A stretch of 64,000 nucleotides of DNA from an uncultured Acidobacteriota bacterium (GTDB lineage Bacteria > Acidobacteriota > Thermoanaerobaculia > UBA5066 > Gp7-AA6), in assembly GCA_963797495.1 (NCBI GenBank), contig CAWCPN010000002.1:2345953-2409952 (forward strand), given 5' to 3'. The position numbers and the translations under genes are program-made. The notes below the pieces were generated by a model. That model was not told the origin of the DNA and did no database searches. It worked only from the letters and a program-made list of their open reading frames with translations. Shown here in pieces: positions 43,876 through 53,537 of the stretch (within the stretch, counting starts at the first letter, position 1; each line of letters starts with the position of its first letter).

Positions 43876-45299
43876 CAGTCTCCCGCCTGATCGTCGCGCA
43901 CGAACCCGCTGCGCGCCCCGGCCGCCGCGGCGTGCGCGGAATACACGGAAACCGGCTTCACGTACTTCGCGACGGTCGGCGCGGGTGCCGCCGACCCGCA
44001 GCTTGCCGAACAGGAACGCGGAACTTCTCCTCGAGCGTCTCGCGGATCGCCCCGCGCGTGCCCTCGGGCAGGTTCCAGACCTGCTCCTTGTACGGTCCGA
44101 TCGCCTTCTTGCGCGTCTTGTAGAGAAACTGCGGCTGGGTCTCGCCCTTCTTGCGCTCGGCGGCGGCGTTGTCGTCGAGCCAGCGCTCGATCTCCCGCTT
44201 GAGGGGATACGGGAACGCCGGGTGGTCGTAGACCGTGTTCATGAAGTCGGTCGCGAGGTGGATCTCGGCGCAGTCGTTGTCGGGGAAGTGGCCGAAGTAC
44301 TCGGGAGGCAGGGTGGAGGCGCCGTGCTGCACGGCCCCGGCGAGGCCGTACTCCTCCCGCGCCACCTTCGAGATCGTCTTCAGCACGTTGAAGTCGATGG
44401 CGACCCGCTCGACCGATCCGTCCGCGGCCACGACGCCGCCGTGCGAGGAACCGGTCTGCACCGAGACCTTCTCGATCCCGTGGCCCTCGCCGAGGGCCTT
44501 GCGGTAGACGTTCATGTAGGCGCGGAATTCCTCGGGCGTCGAGTTCTCCTTGCCGACTTCGCCGATTTCGCCGCCGACGGAGATCGGCATCGCCTTCGGC
44601 TCGCGGGAGCGGATGAACTTCGTGAAGCGCGCGCAGAGCGTCGCGTTGACCTCCTGCTGCGCCTCGAGCGTCGGCTTCGAGAGGTCGACCAGCGTCGAGG
44701 TGTCGATGTCGATCTGGAGGAAACCCGCAGGGATGGCCTCGTCGATCGAGGCTCTCGATCGCCGCGATTTCCTTCTCGGGAGCGTCCTGCATCTTCTTCG
44801 GGTTCGTCTGGAAGTGGTCGCCCTGAAGGAAGAAGGGACCCTGCCACTCTTCGCGGATCGCCGCCGCGAGCATCACGGCGGCGTACTCGGCCGGACGCTG
44901 CTCCGTGTAGCCCATCTCGCTGCGGGCGATCTCGAAGATGAGCGCGCCGACCTCGAGCTCCCGGGCGGCGCGCATGGCGGCCCGAGCGGTGTCGTAGGAC
45001 ATCATCCGGACGTTGACCGCGGGGACCGTGAAGCCGGACACCTCGCCCCGGCCCCGCGCCTGGTAGAGCGGGAGAATCGAGGCCGGCAGGATGCCGAGCG
45101 ATTCGGCCGCCTCACGGATGGCGTGCCGCGCGGCCTCGCGCGCGTCGGAGGGTCCGAAGACGGCCGTCCAGACCAGGGCGTCGATCACGTCCGCCCGGAA
45201 GCGCGCCGGGTTCGTCACGACGAGGCCGCCGTCGAAACGGACGGAACCCGACCGGGTGAGGGCTTCGCGAAGCTCGGCCGCCGACGAGTAGAGGTTCAT
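43875..45299 (-). CDS. Class II fructose-bisphosphate aldolase, long form (frameshifted)
   Basis: FTVPAVN, IARSEMGYT, QGDHFQ, GEIGEVG, GSSHGG, VQHGASTLP. Confidence 0.88.
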   Translation of the reverse strand: MNLYSSAAELREALTRSGSVRFDGGLVVTNPARFRADVIDALVWTAVFGPSDAREAARHAIREAAESLGILPASILPLYQARGRGEVSGFTVPAVNVRMMSYDTARAAMRAARELEVGALIFEIARSEMGYTEQRPAEYAAVMLAAAIREEWQGPFFLQGDHFQTNPKKMQDAPEKEIAAIESLDRRGHPCGFPPDRHRHLDAGRPLEADARGAAGGQRDALRALHEVHPLPRAEGDADLRRRRNRRSRQGELDARGIPRLHERLPQGPRRGPRDREGLGADRFLARRRRGRGRIGRAGRHRLQRAEDDLEGGAGGVRPRRGRAARRLHPASRVLRPLPRQRLRRDPPRDRLHEHGLRPPGVPVSPQAGDRALARRQRRRRAQEGRDPAAVSLQDAQEGDRTVQGAGLEPARGHARGDPRDARGEVPRSCSASCGSAAPAPTVAKYVKPVSVYSAHAAAAGARSGFVRDDQAGD

Positions 45300-45363
45300 G
45301 GTGGCTCCCACGTCCGAAAGTGCCCGGGGATTCTAATGCAGCGCCCTATGCTACGGTCTTGAC

Positions 45364-45544
45364 GTGACGTCCGCGGAGCTCGCCGAGGCCCTCTCCCGGG
45401 TCCTGCCGGCCGAGGCGATTCTCGCCGACCCCGAGTCGCTGGACAGCGCCGGAGGTGCTGTCGGCGATGCGCGCGATCAAACGCCTCTTCGATCCGGACG
45501 GGATCCTGAACCCCGATAAGATCTTCGAGGACCGAAACCCATGA
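45364..45544 (+). pseudogene. Internally deleted GlcD-type FAD-linked oxidase remnant
   Basis: N-terminus AELAEALSRVLPAEAILADPESLD joined out of frame to MRAIKRLFDPDGILNPDKIF. Confidence 0.75.
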
Positions 45545-45954
45545 TCCGCCTCTCACGCACGATTCACTTCAATGCGGGCCGCAGTCTCTGGCGCCCGGAC
45601 TGGACCGCCGACCGGAATCGCGCCGTCTACGGCGAGGAGGGCCCCCACGGCTACGGACACAACTACGAGCTCGAGGTCTCGGTCGAGGGCCGGGTGGATC
45701 CCGAGACGGCCATGGTCGTCAACCTCACCGACCTCGACCGCATCCTGAGGGACGAGGTCGACCGGCCGCTCGACCATCGGAACCTCAACCGCGACGTTCC
45801 CGAGTTCGCCGCCACGCCGCCGACCGCCGAGAACCTGGCCGCGTGGATCTGGAAACGGGTCGGCGACCGGATCACGAGGGAGAAGTGGCCGTGCCGGATC
45901 GTGCACCTGCGCCTGCGGCTGACTCCGCACTTCGCGGTGGAGATCGAGGCGTAG
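45541..45954 (+). CDS. QueD / 6-pyruvoyltetrahydropterin synthase family protein (degenerate active site)
   Basis: GHNYELEV, MVVNL, LDHRNLN, PTAENLA. Confidence 0.85.
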   Translation: MIRLSRTIHFNAGRSLWRPDWTADRNRAVYGEEGPHGYGHNYELEVSVEGRVDPETAMVVNLTDLDRILRDEVDRPLDHRNLNRDVPEFAATPPTAENLAAWIWKRVGDRITREKWPCRIVHLRLRLTPHFAVEIEA

Positions 45955-45957
45955 TCC

Positions 45958-46944
45958 ATGGCGGGGCCGATCCTGGTCGTCGGTGCCACGGGTCAGCTCG
46001 GGACGGCCGTCATCGATCGCCTTCACGGGGCGGGCGAGCGCGTCCGCGCGTTCGTCCGCCCCGGTTCTCCTCGCGAATTCTCGCCGGACGGGATCGAGCT
46101 GGCTTTCGGCGACCTGCGGGAACCGGAGAGTCTGGTGGCCGCGTGCCGGGGCGTGGCGACCGTCGTTGCCACTGCCAATGCGGTCGTGCCCCGGGGGAAG
46201 GGTTCGTTCGCGGAGGTCGAGGATACGGGTTACTCGAACCTGCTCGACGCCTGCCGGGCCGAGAGCGTCCGGCGAATCGTCTTCATGTCGGTCGTCGAGA
46301 CGCCGTACGACCGGAACGTCACGACGTTCCGACTGAAGCGGCAGATCGAGGACAGGATCCGGGGATCCGGGCTGGCGTACGCGATCTTCCGCGGCGACTT
46401 CTTCATGGACGACTGGTTCGCGCTGATGGGCTCCACGATTCCGCTCCGCGGCGCGCCGGCAGCGACCCTGAAAAGGCCGTTCTGGTTCGCGAAGTGGTTC
46501 ATGGCCGTCGCCGGCGCCTCGATCGACAAGCGCGGGATTGCCCTGGTGCCCGGCGACGGAACGACGCGGCACACGCCGGTGGCGCTCGACGATGTCGCGG
46601 CGATCCTGTCCGCGGCGGCGGCGGGGCCCGAGACCGGCGAAAAGCTGATCGAGAATCTCGGCGGGCCGGAGATCCTGTCCTGGCACGACATCGTGAACGT
46701 TTTCTCGCGCGTGCTCGGAAGGCCGTTGAGAATGATCCACACGCCGGCAAAGGTCTATCGGGTGGCGGCCGACGTGCTCGAGACCCTGTCCCCTCCGGCC
46801 GGCAATCTCATGGCGATGAGCTGGGTTTCCGCGATGTGTGACTCGGCGTTCGACGGGAAGCCGCTGGCGGAGCGCTTCGGCGTCCGGCTGACGAGCGCCG
46901 AGGAGTTCCTCCGCGCGAAGGCGGCTCTGCCGCCGGAAGCCTGA
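45958..46944 (+). CDS. Atypical SDR / NmrA-like NAD(P)-binding protein
   Basis: LVVGATGQLG, GDL, NLLDAC, GGPEILS. Confidence 0.85.
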   Translation: MAGPILVVGATGQLGTAVIDRLHGAGERVRAFVRPGSPREFSPDGIELAFGDLREPESLVAACRGVATVVATANAVVPRGKGSFAEVEDTGYSNLLDACRAESVRRIVFMSVVETPYDRNVTTFRLKRQIEDRIRGSGLAYAIFRGDFFMDDWFALMGSTIPLRGAPAATLKRPFWFAKWFMAVAGASIDKRGIALVPGDGTTRHTPVALDDVAAILSAAAAGPETGEKLIENLGGPEILSWHDIVNVFSRVLGRPLRMIHTPAKVYRVAADVLETLSPPAGNLMAMSWVSAMCDSAFDGKPLAERFGVRLTSAEEFLRAKAALPPEA

Positions 46945-46946
46945 CC

Positions 46947-47699
46947 GTGCTGGTTCTCGGCCTCGTGCTCTCGGCCGCGATCGGCGTGTCGCTCGGGCTG
47001 ATCGGCGGGGGCGGCTCCATCATCACCGTGCCGGTGCTGGTGTACGTGCTGGACGTCGCGCCGCACCGGGCAATCGGCATGTCGCTCGCGGTGGTGGGCT
47101 CGACCGCTCTCGTCGGCGCGCTCCTGCACCACCGGAAGGGCGCCGTCTCGTGGCGGACCGGGGCCGTGTTCGCGGCGAGCGGGATCGTGACCGCATACCT
47201 CGGCTCGAAGCTGACCCGTGCGGTTTCCTCGCCGGTGCTGATGCTGCTCTTCGCGGGTTTGATGCTCGTGGTCGCGACGGTGATGCTGACGCGCAAGGCG
47301 CCGGGGGCCGATGCGCCGGTCCATGCGCCGAGTCTCCTGCGCGAGGCCCTGGCGGGGCTCGGGGTCGGATTCCTGACCGGGTTCCTCGGGGTGGGCGGCG
47401 GGTTCCTGATCGTCCCGGCGCTCGTGGTGTTCGGCGGTCTCGGCATGAAGGCGGCGATCGGGACGTCGCTCTTCGTGATTGCCGTGAACTGCGCGGCCGG
47501 CCTCGCCGGGCACCTGACCGCGGGCGACTTCGACTGGAAGCTCACCGCTCTGGTGACGGTCCTGGCCGTGGGCGGCGCGCTGGCGGGTACGCGTCTCTCG
47601 GACCGATTCCACCCGAGGGGCCTGCGCCGGATCTTCGCCTGGTTCGTGGTAGCGGTGGCGCTCTACCTCGTGGCACGGAACTACAATGCGGTCTTCTGA
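46947..47699 (+). CDS. TauE/SafE sulfite exporter family protein
   Basis: LGLIGGGGSIITVP and GFLGVGGGFLIVP duplicated halves. Confidence 0.92.
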   Translation: MLVLGLVLSAAIGVSLGLIGGGGSIITVPVLVYVLDVAPHRAIGMSLAVVGSTALVGALLHHRKGAVSWRTGAVFAASGIVTAYLGSKLTRAVSSPVLMLLFAGLMLVVATVMLTRKAPGADAPVHAPSLLREALAGLGVGFLTGFLGVGGGFLIVPALVVFGGLGMKAAIGTSLFVIAVNCAAGLAGHLTAGDFDWKLTALVTVLAVGGALAGTRLSDRFHPRGLRRIFAWFVVAVALYLVARNYNAVF

Positions 47700-47771
47700 A
47701 AGCTCCGGGCGGCGTCGCGTGCGGGACGTGGCCGTCCTCGCCTCGAGGGTCGGGATGGAGGGGGTGAAGCG

Positions 47772-49181
47772 ATGAGCGTGGCGACGGAGACCGCGCCGAT
47801 GTATTTCGAGCAGTTCTACCTGGGCTGCCTCGCGCAGGCGTCCTACATGATCGGCTCGATGGGAGAGGCCGCGGTCGTCGATCCGCGCCGCGACGTGGAC
47901 GTGTACATCGAGGCGGCGAAGGCGCGAGGCCTCCGGATCCGCCACGTCATCGAGACGCACCTGCATGCCGACTTCGTCTCGGGCCACCGCGAGCTCGCCG
48001 AGCGAACGGGCGCGAAGATCTACTTCGGCGCCAAAGCGGGTGCCCGCTTCTCTCACGTCGCCGTCCGCGACGGCGACGAGATTCGGCTGGGCGAGGTGAC
48101 GCTCCGGTTTCTCGAGACGCCGGGCCACACGCCCGAGTCGGTCTCGATCGTCGTGACCGACCGCGCGAAGTCGGAGACGCCGGAGGCGGTGCTGACGGGG
48201 GACACGCTCTTCATCGGGGACGTCGGCCGGCCCGACCTCCTCGGCGGCCGCGTGCGGCCGGAGGATCTCGCCGGAGCTCTCTACGACTCGCTCCACGGGA
48301 AGCTCCTGAGGCTACCGGACGACGTCAAGGTCTTTCCCGCGCACGGAGCGGGTTCGCTCTGCGGGCGGAACATCTCGAGCGAGACGAGCTCGACGATCGG
48401 CGAGCAGAAGAAGTTCAACTGGGCGCTCCGGCCGATGCCGCGGGAGGAGTTCGTGAAGCTCGTCACGGCCGACCTGCCCGAGGCGCCGGCGTACTTCTCG
48501 CGCGACGCGGCACTCAATCGCGAGGGCCCGGGACCGCTCGAGGCCCTGCCGCCGCCGCCGGCGCTCACGCCGGCCGACGTCGCGGTTCTGCAGAAAGCGG
48601 GAGTCACCGTCCTCGACACCCGTTCCTCCGCGGAGTACGGCGCCGGGCACGTCCCGGGCTCGCTCCACATCGGACAGTCCGGCCAGCTCGCCTCGTGGGC
48701 GGGGGCGCTGCTGTCGCCGCAAGGACCGATCGTGCTCGTGGCGGAGGACGAGGAGCAGATGGGCCAGACGCGGACGCGCCTCGCGCGCGTGGGGCTGGAG
48801 AACGTCGCCGGATATCTGGCCGGAGGCATCCGGGCCTGGGACGAGGCCGGACGGCCGCTCGGGCGCGCCGAGCAGATCACGGTGGACGAGCTCCGGGAGC
48901 GCCTCGCCGAGGACCCCGCACTCCAGCTCGTCGACGTCCGGAGGCCCGTCGAGTACCGCGGCGGGCGCATCGCGCGCGCCGTCCCGATGCCGCTTCATCG
49001 CCTGACCGAGGACGCCGCCTCGCTCGACCGGTCGCGTCCGGTCGCCGCGATCTGCGCCGGCGGCTACCGATCCTCGATCGCGACGAGCGTGCTCGAGCGG
49101 CTGGGCTTCCTCCGCGCCATCAACGTTGTCGGCGGCATGGCCGCCTGGACGGGTGCGAAGTACGAAACGGTAACGGACTAG
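47772..49181 (+). CDS. Persulfide dioxygenase-like MBL fold fused to two rhodanese domains
   Basis: THLHADF, TPGHT, GDTLF, HGAGSLCG, final rhodanese CAGGYRS. Confidence 0.9.
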   Translation: MSVATETAPMYFEQFYLGCLAQASYMIGSMGEAAVVDPRRDVDVYIEAAKARGLRIRHVIETHLHADFVSGHRELAERTGAKIYFGAKAGARFSHVAVRDGDEIRLGEVTLRFLETPGHTPESVSIVVTDRAKSETPEAVLTGDTLFIGDVGRPDLLGGRVRPEDLAGALYDSLHGKLLRLPDDVKVFPAHGAGSLCGRNISSETSSTIGEQKKFNWALRPMPREEFVKLVTADLPEAPAYFSRDAALNREGPGPLEALPPPPALTPADVAVLQKAGVTVLDTRSSAEYGAGHVPGSLHIGQSGQLASWAGALLSPQGPIVLVAEDEEQMGQTRTRLARVGLENVAGYLAGGIRAWDEAGRPLGRAEQITVDELRERLAEDPALQLVDVRRPVEYRGGRIARAVPMPLHRLTEDAASLDRSRPVAAICAGGYRSSIATSVLERLGFLRAINVVGGMAAWTGAKYETVTD

Positions 49182-49193
49182 ACGGGAGGCCCG

Positions 49194-50634
49194 ATGCGAA
49201 GGCCACTGGCCGCCGCGGCGGCGCTGTCGATCGCGCTCGCCGCGCGGGCCCAGGACACCACGCCGGACAAAAAGAGCGAGGGATACTGGGACGCGAAGAA
49301 ATCCGCCTGGGTGGGTCTGACGTCCGCGCAGCGAGACCAGGCGTTCGAGTTTGCCGAAGGGTACAAGCGTTACCTCGACGTGGCCCGCACGGCCGACGCC
49401 TCGACGCGCGAAGTCATCCGCCAGGCGAAGGCGGCTGGGTTTTCCGAATTCCGGGAGGCCGGTCAGGTCAAGCCCGGGGCGAGGCTCTGGATCAACGGCC
49501 GCGACCGCGCACTCATTCTCGTGGTCGTCGGCTCGGAGCCGATCATTTCGGGATCGCGTCTGGTGGGGACGCACCACGACAGCCCGCACATCGACCTGAA
49601 GGCGCGGCCCCTCTACCTCGCCGGCGGCTTCGCGCTCTTCAACACGATCTACTACGGTGGCATCAAGAAGTACCAGTGGGCCAACCGGCCGCTCGCGCTG
49701 ATCGGCCGCGTCGACACGGCCGACGGCCGGCGCGTCGACGTTTCGATCGGGCTCAAGGACGGCGATCCCGTCTTCGTCATCGCCGACAACGCGCCGCACT
49801 CGGACAAGCCGCTGCGCGACCGCAAGTACACGGAAGTCCTCTCCGGCGAGGAGCTCGATCCGGTCGCCGGAAGCGTGCCGGGCGCCGACGCCTCCGTGGT
49901 GTCGCAGGTCATGGGCACGCTCGCGTCGACGTACGGAATCCAGGAGGCGGACTTCGTCTCTTCGGAGCTCGCCCTCGTGCCGGCCGCCCGCCCTCGACGA
50001 CGTCGGCATCGACCGCGGCCTCGTCGGGGCGTACGGACAGGACGACCGCCTGTCCTCGTATTGCGCTGCCCGGGCGGTGCTGGACCTGTCGGGGACGCCC
50101 GGGAAGACGGCGCTGGCGTACCTCTCGAACAACGAGGAAGAGGGCTCGGTCAACAACACGGGCGCCGCCTCGCAGTTCTTCAACTCATCGCTCGCCAGGC
50201 TCCTCGCCGCCGAGCGCGGCGGGAAATACACGGACCTCGACCTGCGCGAGGCGCTGCGGCGCTCGGAGGTCATCTCGGCCGACGTCAACGACGGCATCAA
50301 CCCGCTCTTCCCCCAGACCAGCGAGGCGACGAATGCCGCCCGCCTCGGCTACGGCGTCACCGTCAAGAAATATGGCGTCGGCTTCGACGCCAACTCGGAA
50401 TTCACCGCCCGGATGCGCGCGATTCTCGACAAGAACGCCATCGCCTGGCAGACCCAGACCCCCAAGGTCGACGGCTATTCGGGCGGGACCATCGGCGGAT
50501 TTCTCTCCGCCTGGGACATGGAGGTCATCGATCTCGGCGTCCCGCTGCTCTCGATGCACTCGCCCTTCGAGATGTCGTCGAAGGTCGACGTCTGGAGCTT
50601 CTATCGCCTCATGGCGGCGTTCTACCGGTCGTAG
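49194..50634 (+). CDS. Exported M18 aminopeptidase (apparent frameshift near 49997)
   Basis: HHDSPHIDLK, YYGGIKKYQW, GQDDR, NEEEGS, SADV, LSMHSPFE. Confidence 0.88.
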
Positions 50635-51352
50635 ACCGCGGGGCCAGCCCGGGAGCGGATCCCGTGTCGGAGCGGCCCGCGACGAGCACCGCGGCGTAGT
50701 CCGCCGGCAGCGGCGCGCGAACGTCCATCCCCATTTCCTCGATCACGACCCGCTCGGCGTGAAGCAGCGGATGCGTCACGGCGGCGAGCGTCCGCCTCCA
50801 CGTTCGCTCGCGCACGCCCCGCCAGCGGGTCCCGCCGCCGTAGAGGTCGTCGCCGACGATCGGGTGGCCGTGCGCCGACAGGTGTATGCGGATCTGGTGC
50901 GTCCGGCCGGTCTCGGGAAAGAGCCGCAGATCCGTGACGGAGGGGAGGCGCGCCACCGTTTCGTATCGTGTCGCGGACGGTTTGCCGTCGGCGCGGACCC
51001 TCATCCTCCGGCCGTCCTTCGGGTCGCGGCCGAGGGAGTCGTCGTAAAGGCCCCGCGCGGGGGTGAGGTGTCCCCACGCCAGGGCCCGGTAGGTCTTGCG
51101 CGCGACCCGGGACTGAAAAGCGCGCGAGAGCGCGCGGTGCGCCGCGTCGGACTTCGCGAGCAGGACGACCCCGGAGGTCCCGACGTCCAGGCGGTGGACC
51201 AGGAGGAGAGTCTCCGCAGGGTCTTCGCCGCACGCGGCGAGGAGCCGCGCGACGGCCCCGGCCGCGGACTTCTCCTCGCGCGTCGAGGTCGCCATCGAGA
51301 CTCCGGGCGGCTTGTCGAGTGCGACCGCGAGTTCGTTCTCGAAGAGTCTCAC
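50609..51352 (-). CDS. RluA-family pseudouridine synthase
   Basis: DKPPG, HRLDVGTSG, TGRTHQIR, HPIVGDDLY, LHA. Confidence 0.93.
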   Translation of the reverse strand: MRLFENELAVALDKPPGVSMATSTREEKSAAGAVARLLAACGEDPAETLLLVHRLDVGTSGVVLLAKSDAAHRALSRAFQSRVARKTYRALAWGHLTPARGLYDDSLGRDPKDGRRMRVRADGKPSATRYETVARLPSVTDLRLFPETGRTHQIRIHLSAHGHPIVGDDLYGGGTRWRGVRERTWRRTLAAVTHPLLHAERVVIEEMGMDVRAPLPADYAAVLVAGRSDTGSAPGLAPRSTTGRTPP

Positions 51353-51453
51353 CGGCGGGGGAAGCCGTCGTCGACCATGGCTCGGCTCGAAATGCTATCC
51401 CGCCGGCCGCTGCGAGCGGGATAAGCTCGCGCATCATTTCGAAAGGGAGAGCG

Positions 51454-52989
51454 ATGCGGACGTCGATCGCGGGCGGGATTCTGGCGCTACTGGCGAGCGT
51501 GGCCCTGACCGCGCAGGACAAGCCGGCCGACAAGCCGGCCTCCGACGCGGCGAAGAACGAGCCGCCGAAGGCGGAGCAATCGATCACCCAGCACAGCGCG
51601 GTCATTGGCGGTGCGCCGGTCGCGTTCACCGCGACGGCCGGAACCCTCATCGTGAAGAACGCCAAGGACGAACCCTGGGCCAGCATGGGCTACGTCGCCT
51701 ACGTCCGGAAGGACGCCGGGCCGGCGGCGCGCCGTCCGATCGCCTTCTGCTACAACGGAGGACCGGGCTCCTCCTCGATCTGGCTCCACATGGGCGCACT
51801 CGGGCCGCGCCGGGTCGTCGTCGCCGACGCCGCGCCCACGCCGCCGCCGCCCTACCAGGTCGTCGACAACGCCTACAGCCTGCTCGACCGGGCCGACCTC
51901 GTCCTGATCGACCCCGTCGGCACGGGCCTCAGCAAGCCGGTCGGCGACTTCAAGAACACGGACTTCTGGGGCGTCGACCCCGACATCGAGTCGGTTTCGC
52001 GTTTCATCCGTCAGTACGTATCGGACAACGGCCGCTGGAACTCGCCCAAGTACCTGATCGGCGAGAGCTACGGGACGACGCGCTCGGCCGGAGTCGTCGA
52101 CTGGCTGCAGAGCAGGGGCGGCATGAGCTTCAACGGCGTCGTGCTGGTCTCGCTCGCGACGGACCTCGGAGCGATCTTCGCCCTCCCGGGCAACGACCAG
52201 CCCTACCCGCTCTTCCTGCCGAGCTACGCGGCGACCGCGTGGTACCACAAGGTCCTGCCGAATCCGGCCCCGGAGCTGCAGCCGTGGCTCGCGGAGGTGC
52301 GCCGGTTCGCGGCCGGCGACTACGCGGCCGCCCTGGCCGAGGGCGACCGATTGTCGGACGAACGGCGCGCCGCCGTGGTCGGCAAGCTGCACGCGTACAC
52401 CGGGCTCTCGGAGGAATACCTGCGGCTCGCGAACCTGCGGGTGACCGAAAACGAGTTCACGCAGGAGCTGCTTCGCCAGAAGGGCGTCACGATCGGCCGC
52501 CTCGACTCCCGTTTCGTGGGTCCGACCTTCGATCCGCTCGCCAAGGAGACGGAGAACGATCCGCAGTCCAACTCGATCGCCGGCGCCTACACCGCCGCGT
52601 TTCTCGACTGGTACCACGAGGGATTGAAATTCGGCGACGGCAGGAACTACGTCGTCATGGCCGACGCGTGGCGCACGTGGGACTTCAAGCACGCGATCCC
52701 GGGGTTGCCGTTCCCGTCGCCGACGCTGACCAACACGAACATCGACCTCGCCCGGGCGATGGCGTTCAATCCGAGCCTGCGCGTCCTGGTGCTGAACGGG
52801 CAATTCGACCTCGCGACGCCGTTCTTCGCGAGCGAGTACATGATGGCCCACGTGTCCCCGCAGAAGGACGTCCAGGCGCGGATCGAGATGAAGTACTACG
52901 CGGCCGGGCACATGATGTACGTCAACGAGGGGTCGCTCAAGGCGATGAAGGCCGACATGGCCGACTTCGTCGCGCGAACGTCGAGGTAG
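51454..52989 (+). CDS. Exported S10 serine carboxypeptidase
   Basis: NGGPGSSS, IDPVGTG, GESYG, DLATP, GHM. Confidence 0.93.
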   Translation: MRTSIAGGILALLASVALTAQDKPADKPASDAAKNEPPKAEQSITQHSAVIGGAPVAFTATAGTLIVKNAKDEPWASMGYVAYVRKDAGPAARRPIAFCYNGGPGSSSIWLHMGALGPRRVVVADAAPTPPPPYQVVDNAYSLLDRADLVLIDPVGTGLSKPVGDFKNTDFWGVDPDIESVSRFIRQYVSDNGRWNSPKYLIGESYGTTRSAGVVDWLQSRGGMSFNGVVLVSLATDLGAIFALPGNDQPYPLFLPSYAATAWYHKVLPNPAPELQPWLAEVRRFAAGDYAAALAEGDRLSDERRAAVVGKLHAYTGLSEEYLRLANLRVTENEFTQELLRQKGVTIGRLDSRFVGPTFDPLAKETENDPQSNSIAGAYTAAFLDWYHEGLKFGDGRNYVVMADAWRTWDFKHAIPGLPFPSPTLTNTNIDLARAMAFNPSLRVLVLNGQFDLATPFFASEYMMAHVSPQKDVQARIEMKYYAAGHMMYVNEGSLKAMKADMADFVARTSR

Positions 52990-52993
52990 CGGT

Positions 52994-53096
52994 CACTTCG
53001 CTTGCTCGGAGGTCGAGCCCGACGTCCGGTGCGAGCCGGCAGGCGGTGCGCGCCGGATGGGCGCAAGTGCGGCGCGAACGCGAAGCGTTCGCGACG
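52994..53096 (+). repeat. Structured intergenic repeat, partial copy C
   Basis: GGTCGAGC..GCGAGCC..GGCGGTGCG..CGCA..GCGACG core shared with copies A and B. Confidence 0.65.
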
Positions 53097-53097
53097 T

Positions 53098-53517
53098 CTA
53101 CGGGTTCGTGACCTGGTACATCAGGGCGCCGCCCGAGTAGAAGGGCATGTAAAACGTCCCGGCGCAGTTCATGTACGAGACCCCGTTGACGGACACGCTC
53201 GAGCACCCGACGGGCGGAAGCGCCGACACCACCGTGCCGACGGCCGGCGCGTAGGCGACCGGCGCCGCGTAGTAGACGGGCGCCGGCGCGACGTAGACCG
53301 GCTGCGCGGCCGAGGCGGCCGCCGCTCCGACCATGGCTCCCGCGACGGCGGCTCCGGCGACGGCGGCGCCGGAATATCCGTGATAGCAGCAGGGCGGGTG
53401 GTAGGCGACGGCGACGCCGCCGCGGTAGCCGCCGGCGGCGACCCAGGCCTGCGCGGGCGACGAAAGCGACACGAACACGGCGGCGGCGAGAAGCGTGGCG
53501 AGGATTCTGGTCTTCAT
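53098..53517 (-). CDS. Small exported Gly/Ala/Tyr-rich protein (DUF6515-like C-terminus)
   Basis: AGGAG SD, signal peptide, VGTVVSALP.GC..VNGVSY..C..FY.P. Confidence 0.7.
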   Translation of the reverse strand: MKTRILATLLAAAVFVSLSSPAQAWVAAGGYRGGVAVAYHPPCCYHGYSGAAVAGAAVAGAMVGAAAASAAQPVYVAPAPVYYAAPVAYAPAVGTVVSALPPVGCSSVSVNGVSYMNCAGTFYMPFYSGGALMYQVTNP

Positions 53518-53537
53518 GGGTTTCTCCTGTCCGGTCC

